From Octopus vulgaris (lineage: Eukaryota), in contig OX597833.1 in NCBI GenBank assembly GCA_951406725.2, positions 41,664,001-41,728,000 on the forward strand: a stretch of DNA of 64,000 bases, in the 5' to 3' direction. Of this stretch, positions 50,801-64,000 are shown in pieces. Every line of letters starts with the position of its first letter. The first letter of the stretch is position 1. The notes under the pieces are model-generated. The model was not told the origin of the DNA. It did no database searches and saw only the letters and a list, made by a program, of their open reading frames with translations. The position numbers were made by a program, and so were the translations under genes.

Positions 50801-51405
50801 GAATCTTTAAAAGATCAAGTTCTAGTTCTTTGTCCTAATATGAAGGGACTAAAATGAGAGCTTTTAGTTAGTGAAAAAGTAAAAATCTTTGTTTTAAGAG
50901 TGTCAAAAGTTCATCTGTTTTAATGTGAATGCATTGGTTATTACAAAATTCTTAACAACTGATTAAGTTGAATTTGAAATTCAAGTGAAAAAAATGTCTA
51001 GTTGACAACTATATATCAAATGAATGTCTTATAAAACTATTCTGCTCATACAATAATGGCCATCCCAACAATCCAACACATTTCCATCAGCTGCCCCATG
51101 AATATCACTATGGTTTTGATATTATGGTATGCATAAATTTGTCATTCAAGAACATCTTATTTTAGACTCTACATCGTTGTAATTCTTGTTTTAAGACACT
51201 ACATCATTCTAATTCAACTATATGTCCAAGGCATCATATAGGTTTTAACCCTTTAGCGTGTAAACAGGCCATATCCAACCTGAATATGCTACCTGTTATA
51301 TGTTCTAATCAGTCAGAACCAACTTATCATGCCTACATTTCAATGGCATTCTGAAAATATACAATCACATCATCAAAATTTCAAAGCATTATTAATTTAA
51401 GACTA

Positions 51406-51614
51406 TACTCTTTTACTTGTTTCAGTCATGACTGCGGCCATGCTGGAGCACCACCTTTAGTCGAGCAAATCGACCCGGGTACTTATTCTTTGTAAGCCTA
51501 GTACTTATTTTATCAGTCTCTTTTGCCGAACCGCTAAGTGACGGGGATGTAAACACACCAGCATCGGTTGTCAAGCAATGCTAGGGGGACAAACACAGAC
51601 ACACAAACATATAC

Positions 51615-51645
<31 letters not shown>

Positions 51646-51810
51646 CGACAGGCTTCTTTCAGTTTCCGTCTACCAAATCCACTCACAAGGCATTGGTCGG
51701 CCCGGGGCTATAGCAGAAGACACTTGCCCAAGGTGCCACGCAGTGGGACCGAACCCGGAACCATGTGGTTGGTAAGCAAGCTACTTACCACTCAGCCACT
51801 CCTGCGTCTA
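51406..51810 (-). mobile_element. SINE family 1 copy inserted in a piggyBac-like MITE
   Basis: Full-length; MITE sequence resumes after 51810. Confidence 0.88.
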
Positions 51811-52499
51811 TGTGAATGAGAAAAAACATAACATTTGATAGAATAATTTTGAATGTTATAGGCTTGTTATCAGATACAATTTTGGACAAGAATTTTAATC
51901 TTTTAGCATCCAGATTACTTTGTCAAATGTGATATTTATTCACATTGTTTTGGATTAATCATGCATTATCTCATAGCTTTGAGATTTTGATGATTGTTTA
52001 TTTTTAGAATGATATTGTTGGGTAGTTGTGGCTGGTTTGAACATAAAAGAGAAAGAATTTTGGGGTTGAATATGGCCAGTGCTAAAGGGTTAAGCAAACT
52101 TGATGCATAATGGATTCGCTGTTACTAGCAATGTCATAGAAGCAAGTTCCAGAGTGAACTTCACAAAATTGTTTTAAAACAAAATAGATTTTCTAAAACA
52201 AGCCCTTTACAAATGAAATTTTTGGTAGAAGCTTTGGCAGAAAGAAAAGTTTGGAAATTAGTTGACTGTTAATGAGAAAGTTGAAGTGGGAGCTATGATG
52301 GGGGTTGGAAATATGTCAAGCTGTTTGTAATGAAGATTCTAAATTAGAAGAGTAGGATGAATCAAATCCACAAGAAATGGTAGATGCCTCTCCAGCCAGT
52401 CCTCAAATGCAAGAAATCTCAGTTTTTTGTTAGAGTATGCTGTGTCAACTAGTAGAATTTTGAATTCTTTGACTTATATTTTGAACATTAATTCCAGCA

Positions 52500-52700
52500 T
52501 TTTATCTTGTTTCAGTCATTAGTCAGTGGCCATGCTGGGGCACCACTTTGAAAAATTTTTAGTCAAATGAACCAACCCCAGTTCTTTGTTTTTTTAAACT
52601 TGGTACTTATTCTATTGCTCTTTTGCCAAACTGCTAAATTACAGGGGACATAGACACATCGACACCAATCGTCAAGTGGTGTTGGGAGATGGACACAAAG

Positions 52701-52732
<32 letters not shown>

Positions 52733-52885
52733 TGAGCTTATTCAAGTTTCCGTCTACCGAATCCACTCACGAGGCTTTGGTTGGTCTGAGGCTAAAGTAG
52801 AAGCCACTTGCCCAAGGTGCCATGTAGTGCGACTGACCCTGTAGCCATATGTTTAGGAAGCAAGTTTCTTACCACACAGCTATAC
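52500..52885 (-). mobile_element. SINE family 1 copy (older)
   Basis: Colinear with the family. Confidence 0.78.
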
Positions 52886-53827
52886 TTAGGATTAAGAAAT
52901 TTACAACTGTTTCCTATTAGTTTTATATGTGTTCATTTATAGATATAAATGTACTTTTTTTTTTAATCAATAAATATATTTCCTTTGCATTTGAAACGTA
53001 TGAATATATTTAGTTTTGATTCGTAATTACATATACTTTCATTCTTATCAAAATGAAACCGAAACATTTAAAATTCTCAGAATATGAAACCGAAATACTA
53101 ATGCTATCATTATTCAATAGACATTACTTTCATTATTTTGAAAGAGAGTGCTGCTATTTTAATCAATATATAAATACTTTTCTAAACCATTCATTGGGTT
53201 GAGAGGGGTGGATGAGTCTTTGAGACGTAATGAAGTAGGAGTTTCACCTTCACTAATGTGCTTTGTTCTAAGAACTGGCCTAACAAGTCTGGTGGCCAGG
53301 AGACTTGAATTTACTAAACTGGTTGACTTTGCTGTCATTTAATTCTGTCATGACCCTTAGACATTGTAAAATGATTGTCACTCTTTCAAAAACGAAAAGT
53401 CTGCAATGTTGATGTTTCTCACTCATTTTTTAAGTATTTTCTAAATTTAAAAATTAAAAAAAAACAAAACAATAACTTGCATATTCAAAATCTCTAATTT
53501 TTAATATAAAAATCTGAAGACTGTTTTTAGAAAAAAAAAAGCATAATCAAGAAAAAGAAAAAAAAAAAGGTTAGAAGGGTTGGAGTTAAAAATTCACATT
53601 TAAACAAGTACTGCTAATTTTCAAAGGTTTTTAGTATTTGACATAGTACACAATAAAGTGGGCGTGACTGTGTGGTAAAGGGCTTGCTTCCCAACCACAT
53701 TGTTCTGGGTTAAGGGTTAAGTCCCACTGCATGGCATCTTGGGCAAGTGCCTTTTACTATAGCTTTGGGCCGACCAAATCCGTGTGGGTGGATGGATTTG
53801 GTAGACAGAAACTGAAAGTCATATATA

Positions 53828-53890
<63 letters not shown>

Positions 53891-54042
53891 TTAAAAAATA
53901 GAAAAAAAACACATTTTATCAATTCAATAATGAAAAATTTAATTACAGTATCTATATATATATATATATTATATTTTGTGAAATTTGATTTAGTATTTCT
54001 AAATTGAATTTTTCCCTGTAAGTTTGGAATAATATTCCCTCA

Positions 54043-54073
<31 letters not shown>

Positions 54074-54310
54074 TATATACACACATATCTATATATGTGT
54101 GTGTCTTTGTGCATGTGTTTGTCCCCTACTACTGCTTCACAGCTGGTGTGTTTATATCCCTGTAACTTAATGGTTTGGCAAATGATATCCATAGAATAAG
54201 TACTAGGGTTTAAAAGAAAGGTACTGGGGTTAAATCATTTGACTAAAAGTTCGTTAAGGTGGTGCCCCAGCATGGCTGCAGTCTAATGACTGAAACATGT
54301 AAAAGATAAG

Positions 54311-54938
54311 GGGGTTGGATCTAAACCAAGATGATAGTAAAATGGGATCATTGTGGTTTGGGTCACTGCATGTTGAAATCTTCAAAACATTTTTTTAATG
54401 TAGCATATAGATGTAATTTGTGATTGAATCTGAATTTGGTATTCATTTGTTCTAGAAACATTTTGCGAAAATGTTACAGGTGTTCAGAGTTTGATAATTT
54501 TCAGAATTTTCAGCCAATCAGAAAGCAGTGCGTTCTGTCTCTTCCATCATCTGTCACAATAGCAAGAAGTGGGGGGTTTACACTCTTTGTACACATGCGC
54601 AGTATCTTTGGTTACTATGGCAACAGTTCTTTGCAAACAGTTATGGAACATGTGGTGGTTACACTCCTTGGTTACTATAGAAACAGAATTCTTTGCTTAC
54701 TATGCTAACTAAACTTCATGGTGATGTGCAAAATACTCGCTTCTGATTGGCTAAAATACCCAAATTTTGCTAACATTAAAGGCTAATAACTTTTTAATTA
54801 TAAATTTATAGGACAAATGATTTTCATTTTCATAATTAGTATACAAAACTTAATTTTCATAATTAGTATACAAAACTTAATCCATATACCAAATTTGAAA
54901 ACAATTGGAACAAAATTGGAGATAGTGATTCAAACCCC
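54311..54938. mobile_element. Kolobok-like MITE carrying RFX, NF-Y and NRF1-like motifs
   Basis: Terminal ggggttggatc / gattcaaacccc; degenerate TTAA context; internal inverted agccaatcag / ctgattggct. Confidence 0.5.
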
Positions 54939-55300
54939 AAAGATCTGTAAAATGCCTTAAAATGTAACAAGTAGATACAGAATGGTAATGATGGTGGTCA
55001 GATCAGCTGCACTTAATCATTTTCAAATTCAGATCCTGCTAAGGTCAATTTTACTTTTCATCTTATAGAAATTGACAAAATATGTCCCAACAAAGCACAA
55101 GGATTGATCTCATCAACTCTACCCACCTCCCACCTCAATATATGGTTTATCTGGTTGGCAGAATTAGTAGAGCAAGGAATGAAATATCTTGCAGTATTTA
55201 GTTATGTTCTGACTACAAATCCCCTTTGCTGTAGGTTGACTTTGCTATTTATCTTTCCAGCATTGATTAAATAAATACCAATCAAATGACTAGGGTTTAA

Positions 55301-55956
55301 CTCGTTAGCATTTAACCTTTTGATACCAATCTGCTTGAGATCGTTCCCACGTTCTGTATCATTAATTTACTGCTTTAAAGTAGTCTAAATTATAATCTTC
55401 TCATTAAAATTTTATGCTAGATTATTTCAGACCCCAGCTTAACCCTTTAGTGTTCAGATTATTCAATCAAACATAATGCCTATTGATTCCCATTAATTTG
55501 AATCAATCATGCATTGTCTCATATCTTCAAGATGTTGATGGTGTAATTACTTAATGTAGAATAACATTGTAGGGTAGGTGTGAGAGCTTGGATCTGGTCG
55601 GTTTGAACATAAAACAGATTAACTATTTTGGCCGGATATGGCCGGCTTAAATAGTAAAGGGCTATTAGTGAGAATTGTTTTACTGAATTCTTTATTATCT
55701 TCAAAATTAATTGAAGCAAAAAGCAGCATATGTTGACAGAAATATGGTAACAAAAGAGTTAGACTGGCCATATCAGGCCTAAATATTTTACTTGTTTTAG
55801 GTTCAAATCAGCCAAATGTGGCCTCTCACACCTACCTAACAATATCATTCTGAAAATAACAAACACTTCAACGAAATCTTGAAGCTAATTAATTCAAAAT
55901 AATATTGTCGATAAATAAATATTTCATTTGACAGAGTAATTTGAATGCTAATGGCC
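55301..55956. mobile_element. Three-level nest of TTAA-targeting MITEs
   Basis: Outer family A is split at TTAA by family B (55316-55758), which is itself split at TTAA by family A (55443-55661). Confidence 0.75.
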
Positions 55957-56341
55957 TAATCAACTATGCTGCTCCCTCTCAAAATTTTAATCGTCTATGT
56001 TAGAAAGTGTTTGTTGTAAGGGAAAGGTAAGAAAGTTGATGACTTAAAGATACTATGAGTGTTATGGAGAAGAATTGTTTGTTTTCTCTTGAGAGGATTG
56101 TCAAGATAACAATAGTGGACAGTACTTTTGAACCTTTCTTTTTACCAGTGAGTCTTTCTGCTGTCAATTCAAGATAAACTATATTCTATATTAAACTGAC
56201 ATGCTGGAACTTTGGTGTCAACAAAGAAACCATTCACTCAATACTCAATGATTTTGAGCATTTGCTATAAGTGTGGAAAGCATATCAAATTGTTAGTCAA
56301 ACTCATCTTAAGAACTAATTTAATTGATGTCTTTAGTTTAA

Positions 56342-56601
56342 CCCTTTAGCATTTCAAATGGCCAGAGTATCCAGCCAAAGTATTTTACCTGTTTTATGTG
56401 TCCGGCCAAAGTGTTCTATGTATTTTATGTTCAAACTGGCCAGATCTAGCGTCTCACACCAACCCTACAATATCACTCTAAAAATTAAGTCACTTCATCA
56501 AAATCTCAAAGCTACAAGATAATGCAATGTTAATAAATAATAATAAAACAATGTTAATAAATAAGCATTACTTTTGACAGAATAATATGAATGCTGTAGG
56601 G
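56342..56601. mobile_element. piggyBac-like MITE family A copy
   Basis: TTAA-CCCT...AGGG-TTAA. Confidence 0.82.
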
Positions 56602-56685
56602 TTAACTTAGTTTTAGGATATGTTGGATGTGTTTAAAAGAACATACATCTTTTAACCCTTCAGAATTCATATTACTCAATCAAAT

Positions 56686-57007
56686 TTGTATTCGCCATTG
56701 AGAATTTATGGAAGAAGTGAACTGAGCCGTAATGTCCTTCTCCCAACTCCACTTCTCAGCTGGCGGAAACACGTGGGCATGCAGCTGAAGACCTGGGTTA
56801 CGACGATCAAGAAGGACCTCTCCGTGCTCACGGGACTGCAGGTGGTCGGCCTGCGCCGATGGAACCGTGACTGGCTCGCTATCTCCAGTGAACTGGCGCA
56901 GGACCGTCGTGCGTGGGCAGCCATGGTTCGAGATGCCTCGAGGGTGGTAGAAGAAGCCGACTCAACCCGCCCTGAGTGAATGTCGCCACAAGTACAAGTA
57001 CAAGTTG
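56686..57007 (+). mobile_element. 5'-truncated GC-rich RTE-clade LINE 3' end
   Basis: KTW...AQDRRAW C-terminus, (CAAGTA)n tail, 13-bp TSD tactcaatcaaat at 56673-56685 and 57008-57020. Confidence 0.88.
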
Positions 57008-57271
57008 TACTCAATCAAATGTTAGTGCTTATTTATTCACATTGTTTTCAATTAATCATGCATTATCTTGTAGCTTTATAATTTTGATAATGTGATGGTT
57101 TATTTTTAGACTGACATTGTAGGGTAGGTGTGAGAGGCCAGATCTGGCCAGTTTGAACATAAAATAGGTAGGATATTTGGGGTGGATACAATAAGGGATT
57201 AAGTAGCAATTGAGGCAGAGGATAAATGTACATTTTCTCTTTTACATTTATGTTTGTTGTTTTATTTATAA

Positions 57272-57671
57272 CTAGCAGTATAGCCTGGCGTTGCTCGGGT
57301 TTGTTTTCTTTTTGACACTTTAGAATTGAAATTTTTGAAAAGTAAAAATTTTGCGTCATGTAGCTCGTTATTCTCTTTAAGTGAACATTTTTCTGGTTGA
57401 AATTCACCGAAAAATGGCGACACAGCAGTAAAAAAATCGTTAAAAAATAGGGATTTTCATAGAAAAAAAAAAGCATCTTTTTGATGTAAATAATTTTTGG
57501 TCTTAACATGGTCCAATTTGAATTTTTTCTTCTTCGGAATGAAGAGCAAGCCTTCTTCTATCATCATCTCAATTTTGGTCAACTTGCGCTGCAGGGTCTC
57601 GGAGGAGATAGTGTTAGTTGAAGGCTACCAAACCTGCCACACACAGACAACTTCAGCTTTATATATAAAGA
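57272..57671 (-). mobile_element. Non-autonomous Helitron
   Basis: On the minus strand: A|TC start, CTAG|T end, GC-rich subterminal hairpin remnant ccgagcaacgccagg, no TSD. Confidence 0.78.
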
Positions 57672-58469
57672 TAATTAAATGTGTATGTACTTAATGGTAT
57701 TAAACATATGCACAAATTTGGAACAGGATAAAACAAACAAACAAACAAAAAAAAAAAACCGGTTCAAATGAAGTCACCTGTCACCTGCTGCACAATAGTA
57801 TTTCCCATCGCACTATGGTGCTTGATCTCTCGAGCAGTGGTCAGGAATTCCTCACTGCAAAAGAGAAAGCCTTTAGGTTACAAGCATCTGTATTACGGGA
57901 ATGTACTATGTTATTTTTTTGTTAAATTATTTATTAAACTGAATTAAATGAAAAATTGATATTCATCTCTCTCTTGAATAATGTGCATAAGTAAGCAGTG
58001 AAATATTTTACAAAATAATATATTTGAAGTTCACACTGAAGGAAACCACAACAGGAAATTGTTTAACTTAACAAATAATAGTTCAAATCAAGTATACATG
58101 ATGAATAAAGTAAAGTTCAAGAATAAGTAACTATTAAAAGTACATGAATTTGGGTGTCTTCTATTAATCCTTGGGTTGATGACTATTCTGAGAGAGAATT
58201 TTGGTAGATGAAATTAGTATGGGAATCATGTCTTCCCATTGATACTGCTTCAGCTGTGGTAAGATTTATGTTCCTGCAGCTTGGCAGTTTCAGTATGGAA
58301 TAAAGTGGTATGTAAAAAGCACCATTCAAACGTGGTCATTACCAGTGCCACCTGACTGGCCCTTGTGCTAATGGCATGTAAAAAGCACCTGCTACAACTC
58401 TCGGAGTGGTTGGCATTAGGAAAGGCATCCAGCTGTAGAAACTTTGCCAGATCAGATTGGAGCCTGGTG

Positions 58470-59148
58470 CAGCCTTCTGGCTTGCCAGCCCTCAGTCAAA
58501 CTGTCCAATCCATGCCAGCATGGAAAGCGGATGTTAAATCACGATGATGATGATGATAAGAGTTGGTGGTTGGAAGTACATTCAGCCATAGAATACTGCC
58601 AAGCGATCTTGCCCAACCATACCAGCTTGGGAAAAGCAGATGTAAAAATGATGGTAGCAACTTAACAAAATAGAAATACTCTAGATATCTTTCTGTATGA
58701 TGTAGAAATGCGCCCCAGCTATACCAAACAATAGCATCTCATTCCTAAATATTATTTCCATTAATCGGTATAATTTATAATTTCACGAAAAAGCATGATA
58801 CTTTCAGCCTTCTGGCTTGCCAGCCCTCAGTCAAACTGTCCAACCCATGCCAGCATGGAAAGCGGACGTTAAATCATGATGATGATGATGATGATAATAA
58901 GAGTTGGCGGTTGGAAGTACATTCAGCCATAGAAAATTGCCAAGCGATCTTGCCCGACCATTACCAGCTTGGGAAAAGCAGATGTAAAAATGATGGTAGC
59001 AACTTAACAAAATAGAAATACTCTAGATATCTTTCTATATGATGTAGAAATGCGCCCCAACTATACCAAACAATAGCATCTCATTCCTAAATATTATTTC
59101 CATTAATTGGTATAATTTATAATTTCATGAAAAAGCATGATACTTTCA
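58470..59148 (+). repeat. Tandem direct duplication, two units of about 335-340 bp
   Basis: 58470-58804 is repeated at 58805-59146 with few substitutions. Confidence 0.92.
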
Positions 59149-59299
59149 CTTTACACAGTAACTTCCAGTTTACAAAATCAGCTTTAACTTTTGTGGAGAA
59201 TGAGTTGTGTGGGATGAATTACTGCGTACTTAAATCTATTTTATTCTGCTATATTTATCTTCACAAGATAATGGTCAGTTATATAACAGCAGGTTAGAT

Positions 59300-59560
59300 T
59301 ACACACACACACACAACACACATTCATGTATATGTATACACATACACATGTATACATATACACATGTATACACACACACATATTTATGCACACACACATA
59401 TATATGTATACATACACACACATATATATGCACACACACATATATATGTATACATACACACATGTATATATGTATGTATACACATGTTTATACATGCACA
59501 CACACATATACATATGTATACAAACACATGTATGTATACACACACACACATATATATAAA
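59300..59560. repeat. Degenerate CA/TA microsatellite
   Basis: Seen directly. Confidence 0.92.
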
Positions 59561-60239
59561 TAAAAAATACACATTAAGTACAGGACATCACCAACAAGTG
59601 AAAAATATGTAAGCACACAAGAGATAAGTAAAGGACAAAATACGAAAAGAAGTCTAACTCCTCCTTAGTTGTCGACTGTTTATTACACCCTATTTCGAGC
59701 TTTCAATGACAACAGCATTCAGAAATTAAAAAAAATATAAAATTTGTGGAGATTTAGGGCTTTGAATGAACAAACAAAAACAGAGTGTACATACAGAGTA
59801 AACAATCGACGATTACAAACATTAAGGGTTGTTAGGCCATGACTAATTGTGAAGGGTAACACCTGGGAGAAATTTTAAAAGGATATAGAATAAATAGAAG
59901 GGAAGAAAATAGTTGAAGAGAAAAAAATGTCGGGAGGCAAGAGAAATGACATCCAGCTAGGTGGACATCTGGTCCAGAAAAGACAGAGGTGAGAGAGAAA
60001 TGGCCTGTAGTCATGTGTTACCAACAGGCAGAGAGGAAGGGGACAAGAGAGAGGATGAGGGAAAGAAACAAAGAGAGTGAGGAGAAGGGTGAAGGAATGA
60101 AAGATAGTAAGGAGTAGAAGAAAGACGGGACAGCGAAGAAGGGGGATCCCTCTATAATCCTCTTTATTTTCCGTTTCTCTTTCCTTCTTCACTGTCCCCA
60201 TAATTTAGGCTTTTTGGACACACTTTCTTCACTTTTTGC

Positions 60240-60810
60240 ACTTGCAGGTCATTTCTTTAGAAAATATCAAGAGAAGCCGACCAATGCCTTGTGAGTGGAT
60301 TTGGTAGATGGAAACTGAAAAGAAGCCCATCGTATATATATGTATATATATATATATATACGCGTGTGTGTGTTTGTGTGTCTGTGTTTGTTCCTCTAGC
60401 ATTGCTTGACAACCGATGCTGGTGTGTTTATGTCCCCGTTACTTAGCGGTTTGGCAAAAGAGACCGATAGAATAAGTACTGGGCTTACAAAGAATAAGTC
60501 CCGGGGTCGAGTTGCTCGACTAAAGGCGGTGCTCCAGCATGGCCGCAGTCAAATGACTGAAACAAGTAAAAGAGTAAAAGTCTCTTTTTCCTGCCTTTCA
60601 AAATGTTACAAAAATGCACCATAGCAGTGTCATTAAATAAAGCAACTTGCAGGACCTGTAGCTACTTTTCCAGGATGATATTTTTCAACAAATTCAGAAA
60701 CATACTGCCTTTATGTCACTTGTAGAGATAGCATTCTCTGCTACACTGTCCTCCTCCGGAGAACCAGTCTCTTCCACCTCATTCAGCACTGCCCTTTGCA
60801 CTAACTTTCT
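60240..60810 (-). pseudogene. Tigger-like transposase C-terminal relic
   Basis: SEFVEKYHPGKVATG...FNDTAMVHFCNILKGRKK resembles the Tigger/TIGD1-type C-terminus. Confidence 0.55.
60277..60580 (+). mobile_element. 5'-truncated SINE family 1 copy inserted in a Tigger relic
   Basis: Matches the family body and tail. Confidence 0.82.
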
Positions 60811-61327
60811 TAGGCCCCATGGCTAACACAACTAATTATTATAAAATAATAGCAAAACATTTTCTCTAAAATGAAATTGGACAAAAGCAACAGTTTGAAT
60901 CAGAACAGAGAAACAAGGCCATGAATGAGATTGGCACCATGTATTTATTGTGCTGATGGGTGACCGCAGAAGCCTTAGAAAGAGTAGAGCATTTGGGCGG
61001 CATTTTAAGGCTTTAATAACATGCTGTGAAAAACACAGCACTCAACAAAAATCTTCATTGCGTCTAATGTGCGGATACCATGAATGGGAGATTGAGCAGA
61101 AATTAAAAATAATCATGATTTTGAAGGGGACCAGCTGGTATCCTAATTTCAATGAGGCTATATTGGCTCACAACCTTAAAAATTATCCTGTTGAAATATT
61201 GTGTATGGTCAAATGTAGCGATGACGTTAAAAAAAAAATCATTGGTATAAAATTAACGTTCAGTCTCGTGTTGTATGTATCTTTGATCTCTCATTGCTAG
61301 TCCAAGTAATACTGTTGTGATACACAG

Positions 61328-61331
61328 TATA

Positions 61332-61386
<55 letters not shown>

Positions 61387-61607
61387 ATGTATGCATATAC
61401 GTATGTATGTATGTATGTATGTACATGTGTATGTATATATATGTGTGTAAGTGTGTGTATATATGTAAATGTAAGTGTGTGCTTGTATGAGAATGTATGT
61501 ATGTTTGCACACATGTATATATGTGTGTGTATGTGTATGTGTATATATATATATGTATATATATATATGTGTATATATATATATGTATATATATATATGT
61601 ATATATA

Positions 61608-61654
<47 letters not shown>

Positions 61655-61851
61655 GTGTATGTATGTATATGTGTATGTATGTATATGTGTATGTGTGTGT
61701 GTGTGTGTATACATGTGTGTATGTGTATGTATTTATGTATATATATGCGTGTGTATGTGTATGTGTACATATACGCGTACGCTCGTGTGTTTATGTATAT
61801 GTAGGTACGTAGAGTTATCTATGTGTGTATTTATATGTACATGTGTGTAAG

Positions 61852-61890
<39 letters not shown>

Positions 61891-61917
61891 ATATATATAT
61901 ATATATGTGTGTGTGTA

Positions 61918-61960
<43 letters not shown>

Positions 61961-61971
61961 ATGTGTGTGTG

Positions 61972-62022
<51 letters not shown>

Positions 62023-62029
62023 GTGTGTA

Positions 62030-62060
<31 letters not shown>

Positions 62061-62091
62061 GTGTGTGTATATATATATATATGTGTGTGTA

Positions 62092-62164
<73 letters not shown>

Positions 62165-62654
62165 GTGTGTGTATATATATATATATGTATGTATATGTGT
62201 ATGTGTATATATGTGTGTGTATATGTATGTATATGTATATATATATGTATATATATATCTATGTGTGTAAGTTTATATGTATGTATCCGTCTATATAATA
62301 GGTAACTGCACGTACATATACTTAATATTTATTATTTATCTTTTGAGTATGCATGTATGAATAACTGCGCGTATATATATTTTACTATTTACTTATTTTT
62401 TGAGTATGCATGTAAGTATGAATATAAGGAGGCGCGTGTGTGTGTGTGTGTATGTGTAAGCATAGATATATGTATACTTTTACGCATGGGTGTACTTATG
62501 TGTATATATGGATGCGCGCGCGTGTGTGTGTGTGTGTATGGGTACGCATGTACATGTGTATGTGCGTGTATGAGTATATGAGTATGTATGTATGTGTGTG
62601 CGTATATTTGTATATGTATGTATGTATATGTATGTGTGTGTATGAATATATGTG

Positions 62655-62704
<50 letters not shown>

Positions 62705-62890
62705 CGCGTATATATATGTATGTATGTGGGTGTGTGTATGTGTATAAATGTATGGATGTATGGATGTATGTATGTATGTATACGTATGTATGTGTATGTG
62801 TGTATATGTATGTATGTGTATGTGTGTATATATATGTATATGTGTGTGTATGTGTATGTGTGTGTATGTATGTGTATGCGTATATATATG

Positions 62891-62928
<38 letters not shown>

Positions 62929-63712
62929 CATGTATGTATTTGTATGTAGGTGTATATGTATGTGTGTGTATTTATATTTATTGGTGTATATATATAGACT
63001 AGCCTTCTAAGAGTGTAGACATGAATCTGTAGGTACGCGTACGTATGTATATATACGTGAATGTATGTAGATGTATGTATGTATGAATATAACGCGTGCG
63101 TGTATGTGTATGAGTGTACGAATGAGTGAGTATATGTGCTAAAGAGTGTGCGTGAGTGAATGAGTGCTTGTTTTCCAGTAGACAGATAAATGGACTGGCT
63201 GTCATAGCCAAGATGTTTGTGACCAAGCGGCCAAAGATAACAAAAGTAATAAACGAAGATAATAAAATTAACATTAGGGAATGGGTCTGTATTTGTATGT
63301 GTATATATATGTGTGTGTGTGTAGGTATGCATAGGTACACATATGTATATATATGTATATATATATATACATGTATGTATATGTATGTGTGTGTGTGTAT
63401 ATATGTGTGTGTATGTGTATATAGGGACTAGTGTGCTGTGTGTGCATGTGTGTGTGTGGATATGTGTGTGTATGCGTGTATGTGAGTATGTGTGTGTATG
63501 TGTATATATATTTTTCTGTGCGTATATGTATGTGTGGTCGTGTGTGTATATATACATGTGTGTATACGTGTATGCATGTGAGTGTGTGTATGTATACATA
63601 TATGTGTATGTGTAGATATGTATATGTATGTGTAAGTGTATATATATGTATATATATATGTGTGTATGTATGTGTGTATGTGTGTGTATGTATGTATACA
63701 TGTGTGCATAGG
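61328..63712. repeat. About 2.4-kb compound TA/TG alternating purine-pyrimidine tract with short unique interruptions
   Basis: Seen directly; accounts for all the Y/I/C/V/H/T-rich ORFs here. Confidence 0.95.
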
Positions 63713-64000
63713 TATAAGTGAGAATCTCCTTATTTACCTAAAACTCTATTCCCCCTTTTTTTATATATAGATTTTTTTATTTTTTTTATTTATTTTTTTA
63801 TTTTATTATTTTATTTTTTTATTTTTTTATTTATTCTTCTATCTAATTTAACACTGACTCCTTGACCACTCCCCCAAGTATGATATTTTGCGCTATGCCT
63901 ACCCCCAAAAAGTCCCCCACCAACACCCCTTTAAACCTGCCTAAATGTATAAATGCCAATACAATTCTTGTTAACTAGCTTCCTGAAGATTTCTCTTGAA

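Noticed and set aside
59660-59730. Third hammerhead candidate (minus-strand gctcgaaatag)
   Set aside because: No properly spaced CUGAnGA or stem II could be identified.
61253-63721. Many long ORFs (up to 401 aa) rich in Y/I/H/T/C/V
   Set aside because: Translations of TA/TG microsatellites, which lack stops in several frames.

Overview
AT-rich, repeat-dense eukaryotic DNA with spliceosomal introns. The SINE families, microsatellite load and TTAGGG repeats suggest a mollusc, most likely an octopus (inferred from recall, not from a search). Three host genes can be built by hand: (1) the last three exons of NSUN2 (+, 1279-4403); (2) an apparently complete 4-exon ankyrin-repeat/SOCS-box (ASB-like) gene (-, 22293-11519, about 334 aa); (3) the first coding exon of a PTPN1/PTPN2-type phosphatase (+, 45162-45230), whose first intron appears to run off the window end. 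The rest is mobile DNA: several tRNA-derived SINE families, RTE and CR1/L2-type LINE fragments, a one-LTR Gypsy relic, mariner/maT/rosa/Tigger/hAT relics, piggyBac-, Merlin- and Kolobok-like MITEs, a Helitron and long microsatellites. The most notable observations are a tRNA-headed SINE carrying a Penelope-type minimal hammerhead ribozyme in a fold-back arrangement (29781-30240), a GGATC-ended 8-bp-TSD MITE family carrying telomeric repeats, a SINE/LINE shared 3' stem-loop with a compensatory change, a ~95-bp hairpin next to an ASB splice acceptor, and a CpG-poor/rich/poor zoning that tracks gene bodies. Gene identities rest on remembered protein similarity. Coordinates of old repeats are approximate.
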